Of a DNA stretch of 64,000 bases, positions 44,238 through 58,679 are shown one piece after another. The notes beneath the pieces are model-generated. The model searched no databases, was not told the DNA's origin, and saw nothing but the letters and a program-made list of their open reading frames with translations. The position numbers and the translations under genes were made by a program. Origin of the DNA: Eledone cirrhosa (lineage: Eukaryota); NCBI GenBank assembly GCA_964016885.1, contig OZ024742.1:51460001-51524000 (forward strand), written 5' to 3'. Numbering within the stretch: position 1 is the stretch's first letter; each line of letters begins with the position of its first letter.

Positions 44238-44562
44238 TTGTATCCATTTGTTATAGCACCTACCTATGTATGTCTAGATAGATTGAGCCAGATATTAATT
44301 TTCGAGTAAAAACCATGTAATCGAAAATCGGCATGAAGGAGTTTTAACAAAAATACAATTTAACCTAATAACAAATGTTTTGAAGATCCAAAACAGAGGA
44401 AGCAATTTACGCTAACATCAATGTTGTCTACATGTTATAAAGATCTTTTTCTTTTTTCATATATAAATCTATACCAGGTGCACTTTTAAAACCCAATTTT
44501 TATTTTTATCTTCCTTATATAACGTGATCTGTACAGAACGTTTTCTAACGTCCACACATTTT

Positions 44563-44619
<57 letters not shown>

Positions 44620-45439
44620 CATATATATATATATATAATATATATATACATCACTTAATGTTCTTTCTATTTATTTATAAGTTTGTGCACTTCAACTTTT
44701 CCTCCCTCTTCCTCTGTCATGATTCTTTTCCTTCATTGTAATTCTAATGACTCTCCTACTTATCTATTTACCTCTTTACCTCATCCTCAATCTTTACCTC
44801 TCTCTCTCTCTATCCCTCCATACAACTATCTCATCTTTACTTTCCCTAAATGTAATATTCTATCTTTATCTCCGATATCCAACGCTCTCAAATACCCTTC
44901 CTTTCCTACATCATTACAGTCCCTTGAAACCGTTTGAAATAGCATACTTTGCGTCCGTTACATCTATTCTTCTCTTTCTTCTTTATTGTCCTGCCCTATA
45001 GCTTTCGCTTTGTGTCTCGTCTCTCACTCCATTTTTACCCAAACTCTGTCGTATCTTCTATTTATTTATTTTCGTACATTTCAATATTATTTTTTTATCA
45101 GTATAGTATCACTCCATTTATTGTAATTCTATTTAGTTATTTGAGTACAGTTCAAGTTACCTATTTCTCAGTTTTATTTTTCTACCTTCATTGGACTTAT
45201 ATTGAATCCATGGTCACAGACACAGATACAAACATGACATCTATTTCTATATTTTACACACATTTCCACACGAACCAAATCCAACCATCACTATATAAAA
45301 ATTGTGACCCCATACCCCACTTTCAAGATACTAACAGTGCTCGATTCCCCAATTTCCCGACCCAACCCTATCCCCTAAGGGAGCTACTTGCAGCACATGA
45401 ACCACCACAACCAGGAGGAACAGAGGTCGAAATAGTTCT

Positions 45440-46998
45440 GGGTGTGTTTGTTTCAATCATTTATTTTTGTCAGCCTGGCACGACAAGTCTGGAATGCGCA
45501 CTCAATGTCGAGATGCTGCATCTACATCTTCCTCTCGCCTATGCAGGTGTGACATTCCACAAGTCGGTTGCCCTATCTTGGCTCGTCATCATAGCTTGTA
45601 AGGTCTCTTTTACGAACCCGTAAGCTGTCCGGCTGTCGGTGGCGGAGCCCTCGGATCTTCAACCGGGAAAGCCATGGGCTCTGATCGACACAGTGATTTT
45701 GAACGAGTGTTCTATTTCGCTCCACGAAACATGGGCCTCCCCAATATTGACAGTAATCGAAGCGGCCTGTCGAAAAATGGTGGTAAATAGGCTAAAGTTT
45801 TTACATTCTGGCAGGCGCAGAGAGTGTTTGAGCATGCTACAATCTTCTCGTGTCACAATCCTCCAAGCTTAATGCTAGTTCAAAGCGTTTACGCATCATG
45901 GTAAACGCCAAATTCTTGGAGGATGTTGACTCGGCTACTTTCAGAAAAACCGCCTCTGACGACACCCTCCCTAACCCACCTAGGAGATTTAGTCTTTCCC
46001 TACCAGCATCTGTGGAAGTGCTGACGGTTTCCGACTCAACCTCCACAAAGCCTCGTTGTCTCACCTCATTGCCCAGCCGGACATCGCCTTCTGATCACAA
46101 TTACCGCTGTCTTTAATATATTTATCCATTGCGTTCTGAACCCTTATCCCCCAAACCTCTTGTTTCCGCCGACCTAGCCTCTCTCAGGAAGAAAGACTTT
46201 GGCATACGCCAAATCGCAGTATGCAATATCTTCCGGAAGCTCCCAGCCAAGTTCATCAGCAAGTTTGACGCAGCCAGAGTTCGGCGTGACGATCGGATGT
46301 GTGGGAGCCGGCCAATCCATTAGACCCAGCATCAATGACTGTCATCCTGACGATTCCTGGCACCGCAGCAGTGTGTGGTTGTAAGCTACTCATCTTCAAG
46401 CTTAACATGATAAATGCTTGAAATTGTCTGAGCCACGACAACATGCTGAAGTATGGTTCTTCGAATATGCTCCTTTGTGTGGACAAGCATGCCTGCTATT
46501 CGCTATCACTTCTCTCCCACGATCAAGATTAATGAGTTCTAATCTCTGACATGCAGAATAAACACGATCCACTCCATCCAGCACTCATCCTTTTAAGGAA
46601 CTGAATCACCATTCCGATGCTTTTATATACTTTCCACAGTGTCCATTGCTACAGCGACTTATCTGCTCCTGCAGACCTTCGCCTTTGTGTCCGTTGGTCT
46701 AGTGAGGAGATATGGAACATCCGGTTTCATGACACCGGATGGCAACAAGCCGCCTTACCCGTTATATATGGTAGACACTGTCACTGCTCACAAGTCGCAT
46801 TGGCTGTGCCAGCATTTCTGTCGTCGGCGGGCTTCATCAACAGGGCTCTCCACTATACAACGAAGCCTAATGTGATCGGGGATCGCGAAACCACTTCGTC
46901 CTCCACCTTGCAGAGGTCTATACCACTCTATCCTCCGTAGACGCCCAGTTACATTAAAAGAAATGGGGCGGCATCGAGTCGAGCACGACCTCAGGGAA
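45440..46998. pseudogene. Decayed CRE-clade non-LTR retrotransposon with an internal inversion (C-terminal part on - at ~45440-45870, RT part on + at ~45875-46998)
   Basis: Plus strand: VNAKFLEDVDSA.FR..ASDDTL, GIRQIAVCNIFRKL..K, FKLNMINA*NCLSHD, WQQAALPV, LAVPAFLSS. Minus strand: HG zinc-knuckle-like and LWNVT restriction-like endonuclease remnants. Confidence 0.62.
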
Positions 46999-47069
46999 GC
47001 CGGTTTGACTCGCACACACGCACAGACACACTCTTACACACACAAACACACACACACTTATATATATAT

Positions 47070-47119
<50 letters not shown>

Positions 47120-47189
47120 GTGTGTGTGTGTGTCACATACATACATACATACATACATACATACATACATACATACATACATACATACA

Positions 47190-47303
<114 letters not shown>

Positions 47304-48099
47304 CCAAGAATTCATCTTCGTACAGTGTTCATAAGATACAGAATTTTAGTCAGGTTTGGTGTATTTGATTTAGGCTTACATCCCTCGTATTGATCCAATA
47401 TAATTCACTCACGGATAAATAGAAATATTTACTTCATCATACTTAAAATATTTCACTACATTATTTGAAAGTTAATAAATATCTATCTTTGCCTTTCATT
47501 CATGATTGTAAGACACCAACGTTGCCGTATTAATTGTGAAAGGAGAACATTTATATTGCGTTTGTATGTATGTTTCGCATGAACATCTAGAGAAAATATA
47601 ACGTAATTCAAATGTTATTCATTCATAATTTATATTCTAATTCACTATTATTTATTTCACATTTCCTTTTTGCAGATATTAATTAATAGTTTGTTTGTTT
47701 TTTATTGTTTCTTTTTTTCGATTAATGCCACTTCTTAAAATATTATTTTACATTAACATTAACAAAAAACATCCGCTACCATTATAAATAAGTATAAAGA
47801 AAATGTCGGTGACCAAGTATTAGCAATATTTATTTACTTGTTACTGTAATTGTTTTCATTTTCCATGGTGATGAGAAAATCTACGAAAATAATAGCGTTC
47901 ATAGTGCTGATAGTAATGAGGATGATGGTTATGTTAATGGGAATTATGATGCGTGTGATTGTGCCGGTGATGGCTGTCATCATGGAGATCGCAATAGTGA
48001 TCATTAAAATAGTCCAATACCGGGAACGGTATTGGACTAATTGAATTAGGTGAACAACAACTAGTATGTCAGGATCGTGTAATAAGAAATAATGGATGA

Positions 48100-50020
48100 A
48101 AAGACTATTTCGAATTGGAGGAAATGAAAAGTGGAGTAGATCAGGCAAATGACCATGTAGAAAGCAGGGCCAATCAGGAAAATGAGCTAGCAGATAAGGA
48201 GAGCGAGGTGGGTGGTAGACCTGAAGAATTTACTGAAGAAATCAATGATCTAAATATTGATATAAATAACATCAGGTTTAAAGATACGGTCAAAAACTAA
48301 ACGCGGATGAGCTAGAGCAAGATTTTGTTGTCATGCTGCATTTAATGATGGATAAAATGAATAATGAGTGTGAAGAAACATTAAGTCTAAAATTTGTAAA
48401 CTGAAAAACATTAAAGCAAACGACAGATAGGTAAACAGGGTAGTCCCATACATTTATGTGATGAATCTTTATCTATGCAACGTCCTCAAAGCAGCTGCAA
48501 ATGTGGTGAAAAAATTACTTGGCATCCAAACGAGGGAAGATAGACGAGAAAAGACAGAACCTTCGTGGCAGAAGCGGCTGACTGGTTACATCAAGAAAAT
48601 AAGAAAGGACATCGAGACATTTGAGTATTTATTAAACGGGATATTAGAAAACCGAGATTCTAAAATTAGATAGACAAGGAAGTACTGCACAAAGAAAAGG
48701 GGCTAAATTTAAAATAGAAGAACAAAATCAACGTGTCATAGACAAAAGTGCCAAAATCAAAGCATATGAGAGGAGAGTTAGCCAAAATAGACAGAACAGC
48801 ATGTTCAACAACAATTACATCATGTTATTTGAACAGCTAGAAGGGATCTAAAGGGGCAGCGATGCTATCCATGAGTCTGAATAAACCAAGAAAATTTGGA
48901 GAGTTATTTGGTGGCAGGTGGTTGACCATAATGTCAGGCAGAGTAAAGATTGTTAAAACCTACCTGAGTATCTCGGTTGAAACTATTGAAAATCAGGCCA
49001 CCAAATTAACCAACTGGAAATCACCAAGCCCGGATAGTGGGAAAGGATATTGGACTATGGATATAACGCCTCTGCAACCGTTACTGGCAGAGATCTTATA
49101 TTCATAGTCCAAAGCGACACCTTGATATCGGGTGAAATACGGCAATGGTTGAAAAAAGGCACTACTGTTATAATAATGAACATCCAAGCCAATGGATATG
49201 CCCTGTCCAACTATAAGCCTATCAAATATCTTTCCTTGATGTGAAAATTGCTAAGAAGCATTATGTCTTAGGATATCCGAGACCATCTCGATATAAACAA
49301 GTTATTGCCGGAGGACCATAAAGGATGCCGAAATAAGTCCCTTAGTTCAAGAGGGCAGTTAATTATTTACAAGATGATAATAAGGAACATCAACAGGAAG
49401 CATATTGGTCTTCCCGTGGGATGGACAGATTACAAGAAGGCATTCGACATGGTTCCTCATTATTGAATAGACGACAAATTTTCAAGATTACGGACCACAT
49501 CAGAAAGTAATAGCATGAACAACTGGGAGAAAGAGTTAAGAGGAGTGAAAAATAAAGAAAGGTATCATACAATGAGAAAGAGTGTCTCATTTATTTTTTA
49601 TTCTTCCCCTCATACATTTATGCCTTTATTGCGTAGAATGAGAGCAGGATACGACTGGGAGGAGGAGAGCTTCTTTATCAATGATCGTCTTTATAGACTA
49701 TCTAAATCGCTTCGGCTAGAGCTAGAAGGACTTGGGTGTAGTTGTTAATAACGTGATTATTGTCAGCAATGGTATGGGTTATAGTAAGTATGGAGTCTGT
49801 GTGCTGCGGATGGGAAGATTAGAGGAAGGCAAAAGTATCGAGGTTCTAGCGTGTGAGGTAATAAAGGAGATTAACACCGGAGAAGGATATAAGTATTTGG
49901 GTGTTTTGGAAACAGATAATAACATGGAAAATAAAATGAAGGAGTTGATAAAATCTGAATACACAGGATAGTTTGGAAAATACTACAACCACATCTGAAT
50001 AGTAGGAATGCATCAGAGCA
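48100..50020 (+). pseudogene. Decayed R4/Dong-like non-LTR retrotransposon
   Basis: EPSWQKRL..IKKIRKDI, NWKSPSPDSGKGYW, SNYKPI.YLSLM, LLPEDHKGCR, WTDYKKAFDMVPH, YKYLGVLE. Confidence 0.78.
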
Positions 50021-50056
50021 ATACATCCCCGAACTGTGTCTATTATTATGTACAAA

Positions 50057-50238
50057 AGGCGGTGAATTGGCAGTATCGGTAGAGGGTCGGACACCATACT
50101 TTCCAGAATAGGTACGGTCTGAGTTCAAATCGTGTCGAGGTTACCTTTGCCTTTCATCCTTACGGGGTCGATAAAATAAATTACCAGTAATGTACTGAGT
50201 GATTTGCTGGCCTTCTTCCAAAAGTAGAAACAATTATT
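50057..50238 (+). mobile_element. SINE family A
   Basis: ggcggtgaattggcagtatcggtagagggtcgg..gagttcaaatc..cttacggggtcgataaaataa. Confidence 0.85.
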
Positions 50239-50518
50239 AGGTACAATGTGTGAATTATTAAATGAAATATAAACGAACGAAACGAAATGGAAAGTAGACT
50301 AAATTTATGACTACCTATAGTATGTTTCCTATTCAGGATTGTGATGTTTATTGATTGTACGTAAAGATATCTTAATGTGGAAGATGCCATATCAGTGTGG
50401 TGGACTGTGTTCAGATGGAGGAGGGCTGAAAACCCAAATACGTGTCTTAGAGAAACGAACGATTGCTTAAGGGTGTATTTTTCTGAAATGGATATACCAA
50501 TTTGCGTGAATTATCGCT

Positions 50519-50591
<73 letters not shown>

Positions 50592-50811
50592 GGGGTAACA
50601 AATAATAGTTATATGCAGTCCACTTAGGTGTAGTCCAGTTATGGTACTCCGGGTAGTGGATGATATCAACGCTTGGCTAAGTTTGACTCAACAAGGCGTT
50701 TCCATAGTGGTGCTGCGAGTACGCTGTAATTCCTATGTTGTAAACACTTGGAGTAATAATAAATCAGGAAAGAAGAGTGACACGGTTTGCTATACAAAAA
50801 AGGTTTTTAAT

Positions 50812-50930
50812 CTCATTGCTGACAATTGTTTCTCTGAACTGGTAGGTCTAGAGATCGCTATCCGCTTATTTTCGCGTTACTCGATCGCCAATACAAAATT
50901 ATAATCAGTCAGTTCATCGGAGCATGCGAG
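50812..50930 (-). ncRNA. HHR-like motif, U4C core variant
   Basis: Minus strand: gct-CCGATGA-actgactg..cagttcaga-GAAA-caattg-TC-agc. Confidence 0.58.
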
Positions 50931-52015
50931 AATGAAGAGAATATACAGGCATGAAAAGAATATACAGGCTACTATATGTAGTAGTAATGGCATTCAGTTA
51001 GAACAATAACAACAATATCAACAATGCTAGCAATCAATTATTTGAAATAATCACAACATCAATCTAGTTGGGAAGTTTAGTATATCTATGATTTTAGCGA
51101 GTAAAACTAGCTGACATGAGGCAGATGTATAGAATTGACATGTAAAGACTGTCGTAGGGTGTATTATATCAAGTGTAAAGATAAGCTGGTGTTTTTAAAC
51201 AATGTAGGTCAGGTGGCCGTAATAGTCGGTTTTTATCTGACCGATGAGGTGAACACCTCAAACTGTCACTGTCACCTACTGGATAGGGGCCCATTTGCGA
51301 ATAGATGTCTCGATTCGAGCCTAGTCTACACGTGTACGGTCAACTAAGACAACTCCACCTGGCATTACATTGGATCCACCGCGGGTTCTTTTAAAAACAG
51401 ATGATATGTGCACAGGGACTCGATGAAAAATCGTGCACTTATGGGTTCTACAACCCTCGCCAAAAAAATATGGGAACTGAGGGACAACAACACTAACTAC
51501 AGTATCAAATGGTCGAGGTTGTCGGCTAAAACCTACAGTACAGGTATGTCCCACTGTGGGCTATGTGATCTAGAACTACTGTATATCCTGAAAAATGTAA
51601 AAAGGCTACTTAACAACAAGTTAGAAAGATCTATCTTCTGCAGACACAAAATTGGCACTAAGTTCATAAGATTTAAACCTCCATGACATAACATAGCTTT
51701 CAACTAGGATACCCGCTACTCCGCACGAATCACCACAGAAATATCAGAAATATAATCATTAAGTACATTATAGCCTTCTTAGTTCTATACCACACTAATG
51801 TCTGTAAGTACCTCATCAACCCATAAACTTATCTCTTCTCAGCTGCGGTCATCACTTGATCCTAAATCCAAGAACATTTCAAAATACTACTACAACGGAA
51901 CTTTACCTTCCTCTTGCTATAATTATAGTCAGCATGTTTTCTCTTTGTATGTATGTATTTGTATGAGTGTGTGTGTGTATGTATGTATATGTTTGTGTGC
52001 ATCTGTGTGTGTATA

Positions 52016-52071
<56 letters not shown>

Positions 52072-52526
52072 CTCCATAACCTCTGTATTAACTTGCCCAT
52101 TATTTAGCTTTGTTAGTGTTGTCTTATACATGTATGTTATTGAGGATGGAAAAGATAGACAGAACACTCATCTAATATAGACCACACAAATTCTATTACA
52201 GTGATAAATACCTCATCGGTCAGATAAAAACCGACTATTACGTCCAACTGACCTACATTGTTTAAACACACCAGCTTATCTTTACACTTGATATAATACA
52301 CCCTACGACAGTCTTTACATGCCAATTTTATACATCTGCCTCATGTCAGCTAGTTTTATACGCTAAAATCATAGATATACTATACTTCCCATCTAGATTG
52401 ATGTGATTATTTCAAATAATTTAATGCTAGCATTGTTAATATTGTTGTTATTGTTCTAACTGAATGCCCTTACTACTACATATAGTAGCCTGTATATTCT
52501 TTTCATGCCTGTATATTCTCTTCATT

Positions 52527-52645
52527 CTCGCAAGCTCCGATGAACTGACTGGTTATAATTTTGTATTGGCGATCGCGTAACGCGAAAATAAGCGGATAGC
52601 GATCTCTAGACCTACCAGTTCAGAGAAACAATTGTCAGCAATGAG
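52527..52645 (+). ncRNA. HHR-like motif, U4C core variant
   Basis: gct-CCGATGA-actgactggt..accagttcaga-GAAA-caattg-TC-agc. Confidence 0.6.
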
Positions 52646-52692
52646 ATTAAAAACCTTTTTTGTATAGCAAACCGTGTCACACTTCTTTCCTG

Positions 52693-52735
<43 letters not shown>

Positions 52736-53227
52736 TACAATTCAATACAATAACAGAGATAGTTTAAAGCTAAACTCTGACTGGTAACCATCTCACTCAA
52801 CAAACATTAGGTTATATTTAAATATAAACCCAATTTAAGTGTTTGGGGTGCTAACAATATGTATAATGTGCAAAAACCAGTTGTATTATTTTATGAGATA
52901 TAATTAAAGTTAAAGTATATCTCTCTTTCCAAACAATTGTTTCATTATATGTTTTCTACAAGTTTGGAGAATATTTCCAGTTTATGTAGAAGCCTAATAT
53001 ATATTCATGTAAGAATATATTTAGGTGGGCGCTTCTAAATCATCAGTGGAAGCCCATTAAACCTTGATATAAGAAATTCTTACCGCAGTCAAAAATCGTG
53101 TCTGTTAAGTTGCTCCTTCCCGCATCGAATGACCGCGAAATTTGAATTCCAGCAATTTTTGACTGAGGAAGTATCAATGCGACACGAAGCGGGAAGGGGA
53201 GACAACTACGATCCACGAAAGGAGGAA

Positions 53228-53630
53228 AAAAATAATATACACGCGGGTTAATTAGTTTTTTCGAAAACATTATCAATCCAACGTGTTAAGAACTCAATTG
53301 AAAATAAAAAAAATAAATATATGCGTGTATAAATTACACACGCATATAGATATTTTCTTAGGCTAAAATCAGAAGTTGTACCCGAAAAAGAACCGCATCT
53401 CATAACCGCAGTAAATACAGAAAGTTATGCTTTAAAGGGCAAATGGGAATGTAAATCTCCGGCCGAATTAAGAGTAAAATATAAAACACACTCGGGTTAA
53501 TTAGTTATTTCAAAACTAATTAGTTATTTCAAAACTAAACTCAATTAATTAAAGAGAATAAATATATGCATGTAATTATATACATAGGCATATATATATT
53601 TTCTTAGGCTAAAAAACAGAGAAGTTACAA
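53228..53630. repeat. Diverged direct repeat, ~150 bp x2 (period ~250)
   Basis: cgggttaattagtt.ttt..aataaatatatgc.tgta..attttcttaggctaaaa occurs twice. Confidence 0.75.
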
Positions 53631-53672
53631 CACCAAAAAAACCCAACATTTCACAACAGTATTAAATACGGA

Positions 53673-53796
<124 letters not shown>

Positions 53797-53830
53797 GTGA
53801 GAAAAACCACAGACCCTCCATCTCAACTCA

Positions 53831-53868
53831 CCTTTTGAAAAGCAGAAGAACTGCGAAACCGGTAAAGG
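53831..53868 (+). ncRNA. 38-nt minimal type I hammerhead ribozyme, U3-A8 core variant
   Basis: cctt-TTGAAAA-gcag aagaa ctgc-GAAA-ccgg-TA-aagg; helices I and II pair fully, palindromic helix III, GUA site. Confidence 0.72.
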
Positions 53869-53937
53869 AACCAAATAAATATATATATTTAAAAAAAAAA
53901 TAAGACTTCAGTTGCATTTTCGATTTCATCTCTTTTT

Positions 53938-53998
<61 letters not shown>

Positions 53999-54348
53999 TA
54001 TATATAAGAAATAGGATTTCGCTTCTTTGGAGATACGAAATATTTATACATAAATATATATATATAGAAATATAAATTAGCGAGAATCGTATTTCGGCTA
54101 TTAGAAATTAGCGAAAAACAACTTCCGATATGTGTGGCAAGCGTTCAATAGATACTCAGGAACCAGAGCTACAACATACGTTAAAAGGCCAAACACACTT
54201 TGACGATGGTTAAACCATTATCCGCACAGCCTTAGAAACGACCAAGTAATTCGGATCAGTTAAAATAGAAAAATATGATTGAAAAATTTACCCGGACCCC
54301 TGGATGGTTGGTGAAAATCCACCATTTGGGTTTCTGCGACTCCTAAAT

Positions 54349-54415
<67 letters not shown>

Positions 54416-54484
54416 AATATATATATATTTCGTTTCTGAATTTGTTTAGGAAGATTCTTTATCTGAAAACGTGTGTTGAAACCG

Positions 54485-54634
54485 ATATTGTTATACTTTA
54501 CTTTGGGAGGGTCATGTTGCCAATTAGAAACATACGCACCAATTGCTTTCACTTCAATTTATTATAATAAATTGAAGTGAAAGTAATTAGTGCGTGTGTT
54601 TCTTATTGGCAACATGACCCCCCCCCCAAAGTAT

Positions 54635-54642
<8 letters not shown>
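54485..54642. repeat. ~80-bp-arm palindrome with no spacer, between (TA)n arrays
   Basis: Centre tttatta|taataaa at 54564/54565; gggtcatgttgccaat / attggcaacatgaccc. Confidence 0.9.
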
Positions 54643-54705
<63 letters not shown>

Positions 54706-55068
54706 ACTTTGATATCCTTGATAAGTTTTTTCGGGCAGTATTGGCAACAAACTATGTCCAACTTATATATATAGTTTCGACGGCTATTTTTGGACTAAAT
54801 TAGAATGTTTAGCGTGGTAATAAATAGCCGAACTTTTCAAGGGGTACTTCCTTATATGGAAAGATTGTAGTTGTCAAAAGGTTTGGTCAAAATTTCTTGT
54901 AAACACGATTAAATCTTTCATGGCGGTGGGTGGGGGGTGGGAGTGGCTGAACTCACCTGTAGAACAATGAGGGAGTGGGTGGAGCCGATAAGCGTTGAGT
55001 GTGAATTATATACACCAATTCTAAGGAGTGTGTATGAAATTGGGCTAGGTAGAAAGCAGGCGAAAAAG

Positions 55069-55696
55069 AAATCTGAGAATGAGATGTTATAAAATTAAAA
55101 GGTTAATAAATTGAGATTAAAAGATAATAAATGAGAGTAATAAAAATGTTAAATAGTAAAAAATAATTAAAAAAATCTCTAGAGTCTAAAGCAGCTGCTA
55201 TATCTTTACCCAGTATTGCGTTTTCGGCCAAGGCTATATAGAATTTTCTGGGGTGTGGATACTGAGGCTACAAAAGCCCGATGGGCTGCCTCAGGGTAGG
55301 CGAAAGAGGGAAAAAAAAGGGAGGGGAGAGGGAGTGGAAGGAAGTGATAAGAGATAAAGGGAAAAAGAAAAGATGTACATCTACCTATGTATGCTGGGGT
55401 TTCCCCTATCTTGTTCAGCAAGTGGGGAAAAGAAGGATGCTGCAGCCATTGTCTACCCACCAGGGTCATGAGGGGGTTTGAGGGCGAGGTAAGTCCTGTG
55501 CAATCGGTGTTTAGATAAAGTTACAGTTGCATGGCCGAAAACACAATACCAGCTAAAAATATAGCTGCTGTTTTAGATTCTAGAGATTTTTTTTTATTAT
55601 TTTTCACTATTTAACTTTTTTATTACTTTTATTTATTATCTTTTAATCTCAATTTATTAACCTTTTAATTTTATAACGTTCCATTCTCAGATTTCA
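55069..55696. repeat. ~165-bp inverted arms (55069-55235 / 55528-55696), PLE-like fold-back
   Basis: aaatctgagaat..aaaattaaaaggttaataaattgagattaaaagataataaat and its reverse complement. Confidence 0.8.
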
Positions 55697-57811
55697 TTTA
55701 TATAAAGTTATATTTCAGTTATATAAAGAATAAGCAATTAAACATAGATATGAAATGCTTATTCAAATATCTGTAACTTCAAATGATAGAATTGTGAGTT
55801 GAGGTTTCTTTAGTTAATAGATTTACTGAAATAGATTCAAAGATTTCAGTTAAATGGGTATTTTAATAATACATCAAATATATCCTTCTTTATGTTTTTA
55901 AAAGCCACTAATATTTTTCTCTTCCATCTTGGGACCTTCATTTTCATTGAAGATTTTTGTAATATCACCAGGAATATCTTTTTTTGGAGTGATATCGTAT
56001 GTAATGCAAGTTTCAAAATATTGATTTAGTATGCATCTGTGTGCATATGTTTGCATGTGTGTGTATTCTTTTGCTTGTGTTTATAGTTTTGGGTCTGCGT
56101 TTGTATATATTAATACTTGTATGTGTATGTATACATATATGTGTGTGTGTGTATGTGCGCGCGCGCGTAGGTGTGTGCGCGCGCGTGTGTGTCTGTGTGT
56201 GCGTGCGCGTGTGTGTCTTTGTGTGTGTGTTTCTATACACTGTGCAAATAATTATCTCTGAATTGTAATTCATAAATGTACATGTTACAAAAGGACGAAC
56301 TGACGTTTAATTTCCTTTTTCAGGTTTAGTAGAGATACATATATACAATGCTTACAATGCACGTTTAGTATCACTTAGTGCATTCTTTGTTATATAATTT
56401 ATGTAGAAATTAAAATTACGGCTCGAAATTTGAGGGACATACTTTTACGAAATTTCAACTAAGATGAATGAATGGTTATTTTGTTTATTTTCACTGCTCC
56501 TTGCTTCCTCTCCACGAATTACATAAAATCTAGAGTAAAGGTTACATTTTTTTTTATGGATTATATAGGCTTTAACACGATATTGAGATACTGGTTTGTT
56601 TTGATGTTTTAACGTTATATTTGATTGAAATGCAAGCATATATTTGTTAGATTTTCAGCAATCTGAGTCCGTAATATTGCTCAATGGTATATTGTCTCTT
56701 ATTTCTGTTATCAACCTAGACGTCGATTATTTAAAAAAGTTGTGGTGTGTCTCAGGAACATCTCCATAGAATCGGTAGCAACGGTATATTTTGCTCAACA
56801 CATCAACTTTGAGGACCTACGCCACTGTATATTCTATCCCTGGCCGCGACCAAATATATGTATGCATGTATCTATATATCAATGATTCCTTGTCCAGTAA
56901 AATATGGCAGCGAAAGGATTTGCTTTATATCGCAGTTCTGAAAACTAAAAGATAGATAAATGCATGAATGCCATGGAAATATATTTGTTGTGCCTCATGA
57001 ACATAATAGAAAGAGGTTTGTAGAGGACATATAATCAGCTAATGCATGAACGGATTATACGCAGGAATGAAATGAAGGTATCCATGTTTATAAAACTAGG
57101 ATACCAAAAGGTTTTGTTAAATATTTGAAGAGAAGCGCACACAATCATTAAGGGACGTCTTAATTGATACCTTATGGCAAAAGGTGACATGTTGTATTAA
57201 ATCCATTATATATTTTTTATCCTTGGGTAATAACATATAATTATATTTGAATTGGAACATTTTCTAGTGATTGGATACTGAAATTGAATATATAATTGAA
57301 ATATAATTGAGTAAATGCTTGTATGTAGAAAATGATGCTATCTGGCAGAGAATCCATCATTTCTGATATCGCATATCATCACTTTATTCTATGTGCCTGA
57401 AGAAATCATAGCAACTGTAAAAACAAAACATTATTCTAATTGGAGGAGGCTCTCCACCGATGTTGAAAACGTAATTCTCTTTTGTGAAATAAATGTTGGT
57501 GGGACTGAATATATCAAAGACAAGGGTATTTGATACAGTTCCCACGATTAATATAAATATAAATAGGAATTAGATAATGAACGCAAAGATTCTCGTGGTG
57601 GAATTTTACATCAAATTGCAGTGAACTTCAGTAAATATTGTAAGCTGTTTTATAAGAAAATGTATACACTTCGCAAAGCTTATAGCTAATATATTTGTGT
57701 TTATGTTATCATTGACCAGACCACACATATCTCATACAAGTTTGAATAAAAATTGCTTTTATGCATTCATTATACAATAGCAGAAATATTACATGTTTTA
57801 ATTCATGAGTA

Positions 57812-57885
57812 AATTCGGAATGTGCTCTATTTGAATTTAGAATGTGCTCTATTTGAATTCGGAATGTGCTCTATTTGAATTTAGA
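57812..57885. repeat. 21-bp minisatellite, ~3.5 copies
   Basis: gaatgtgctctatttgaatt(cg/ta). Confidence 0.9.
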
Positions 57886-58555
57886 TGGATAAGATTTTCA
57901 CGTGAGAAGAGGAATATATGCATTAAAGTTTGGTAACATGTAAATATATGAATATATATATGAATATACATATACATGTATACGAAATAAAAGAAGTTAT
58001 TGATGAGAATCCGCATATTCTCCCATATGTCTTATTTCATATAAACCTTATTTTCTTTGTTTTCAAATGCAAAATGTATACGATGTTTGTTTCAAACAAC
58101 AAACAAAATATGTAATAAACATATCTCCATTTAACTGATTGTTAATCGGGGAGGATAAGTATACATATATGCATAGACACACCGTACGTGCATGCATACC
58201 GTATGTATTCGTTTCATAGCAATGAGCAGAAAGTAGTTTAAAGAAAACATTAGGCACAGAATGAAGCCAATTTTTTTCAAGTTTTATTTCGATATGTGTT
58301 ATCTATCTATGTTATAATCGTTCTCGTAGTTTTGGTAGATTTGCCCCCATCTGCTATGCATGCCAGTGAGGAATTGACAAAGTAGAAACATTTGCAACGT
58401 TGTTTGTCACACTAGATATGTACGATGCTCTATGATGATGCGTCGATTAAAACATGTCCACGACGCAGTTTATTTACGCTATATATAAATACACTCATGC
58501 ACGCGCATACATCAACACAAACAAAAACATATATGTCTATATATTTTTGCATATA

Positions 58556-58588
<33 letters not shown>

Positions 58589-58679
58589 GCATACAAACTT
58601 AAACCTACAATCAGTGGGCACCTCTTAACACAATACACACCCTACCCTACATCCTACTCCATCCTCCCATTTCCGTACA

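Larger units (their letters stand above)
50591..52697. mobile_element. Second fold-back insertion of the same Hydra-type family in (TA)n: arms 50760-51250 / 52210-52697; core GIY-YIG domain 51253-51686 (+)
   Basis: Core NCHC..P..NRCL..SLVY.C.V..WHYIGSTAGSFKNR..STTLAKKIWELRD..CGLCDLE..CRH with two stops; arms homologous to 39222-41425. Confidence 0.92.

Noticed and set aside
44949-45623. 224-aa ORF
   Set aside because: Low-complexity pyrimidine-rich sequence running antisense into the CRE remnant; no domain.
57812-57885. CRISPR-like short repeats
   Set aside because: Contiguous 21-bp units with no unique spacers, in eukaryotic context: a minisatellite.
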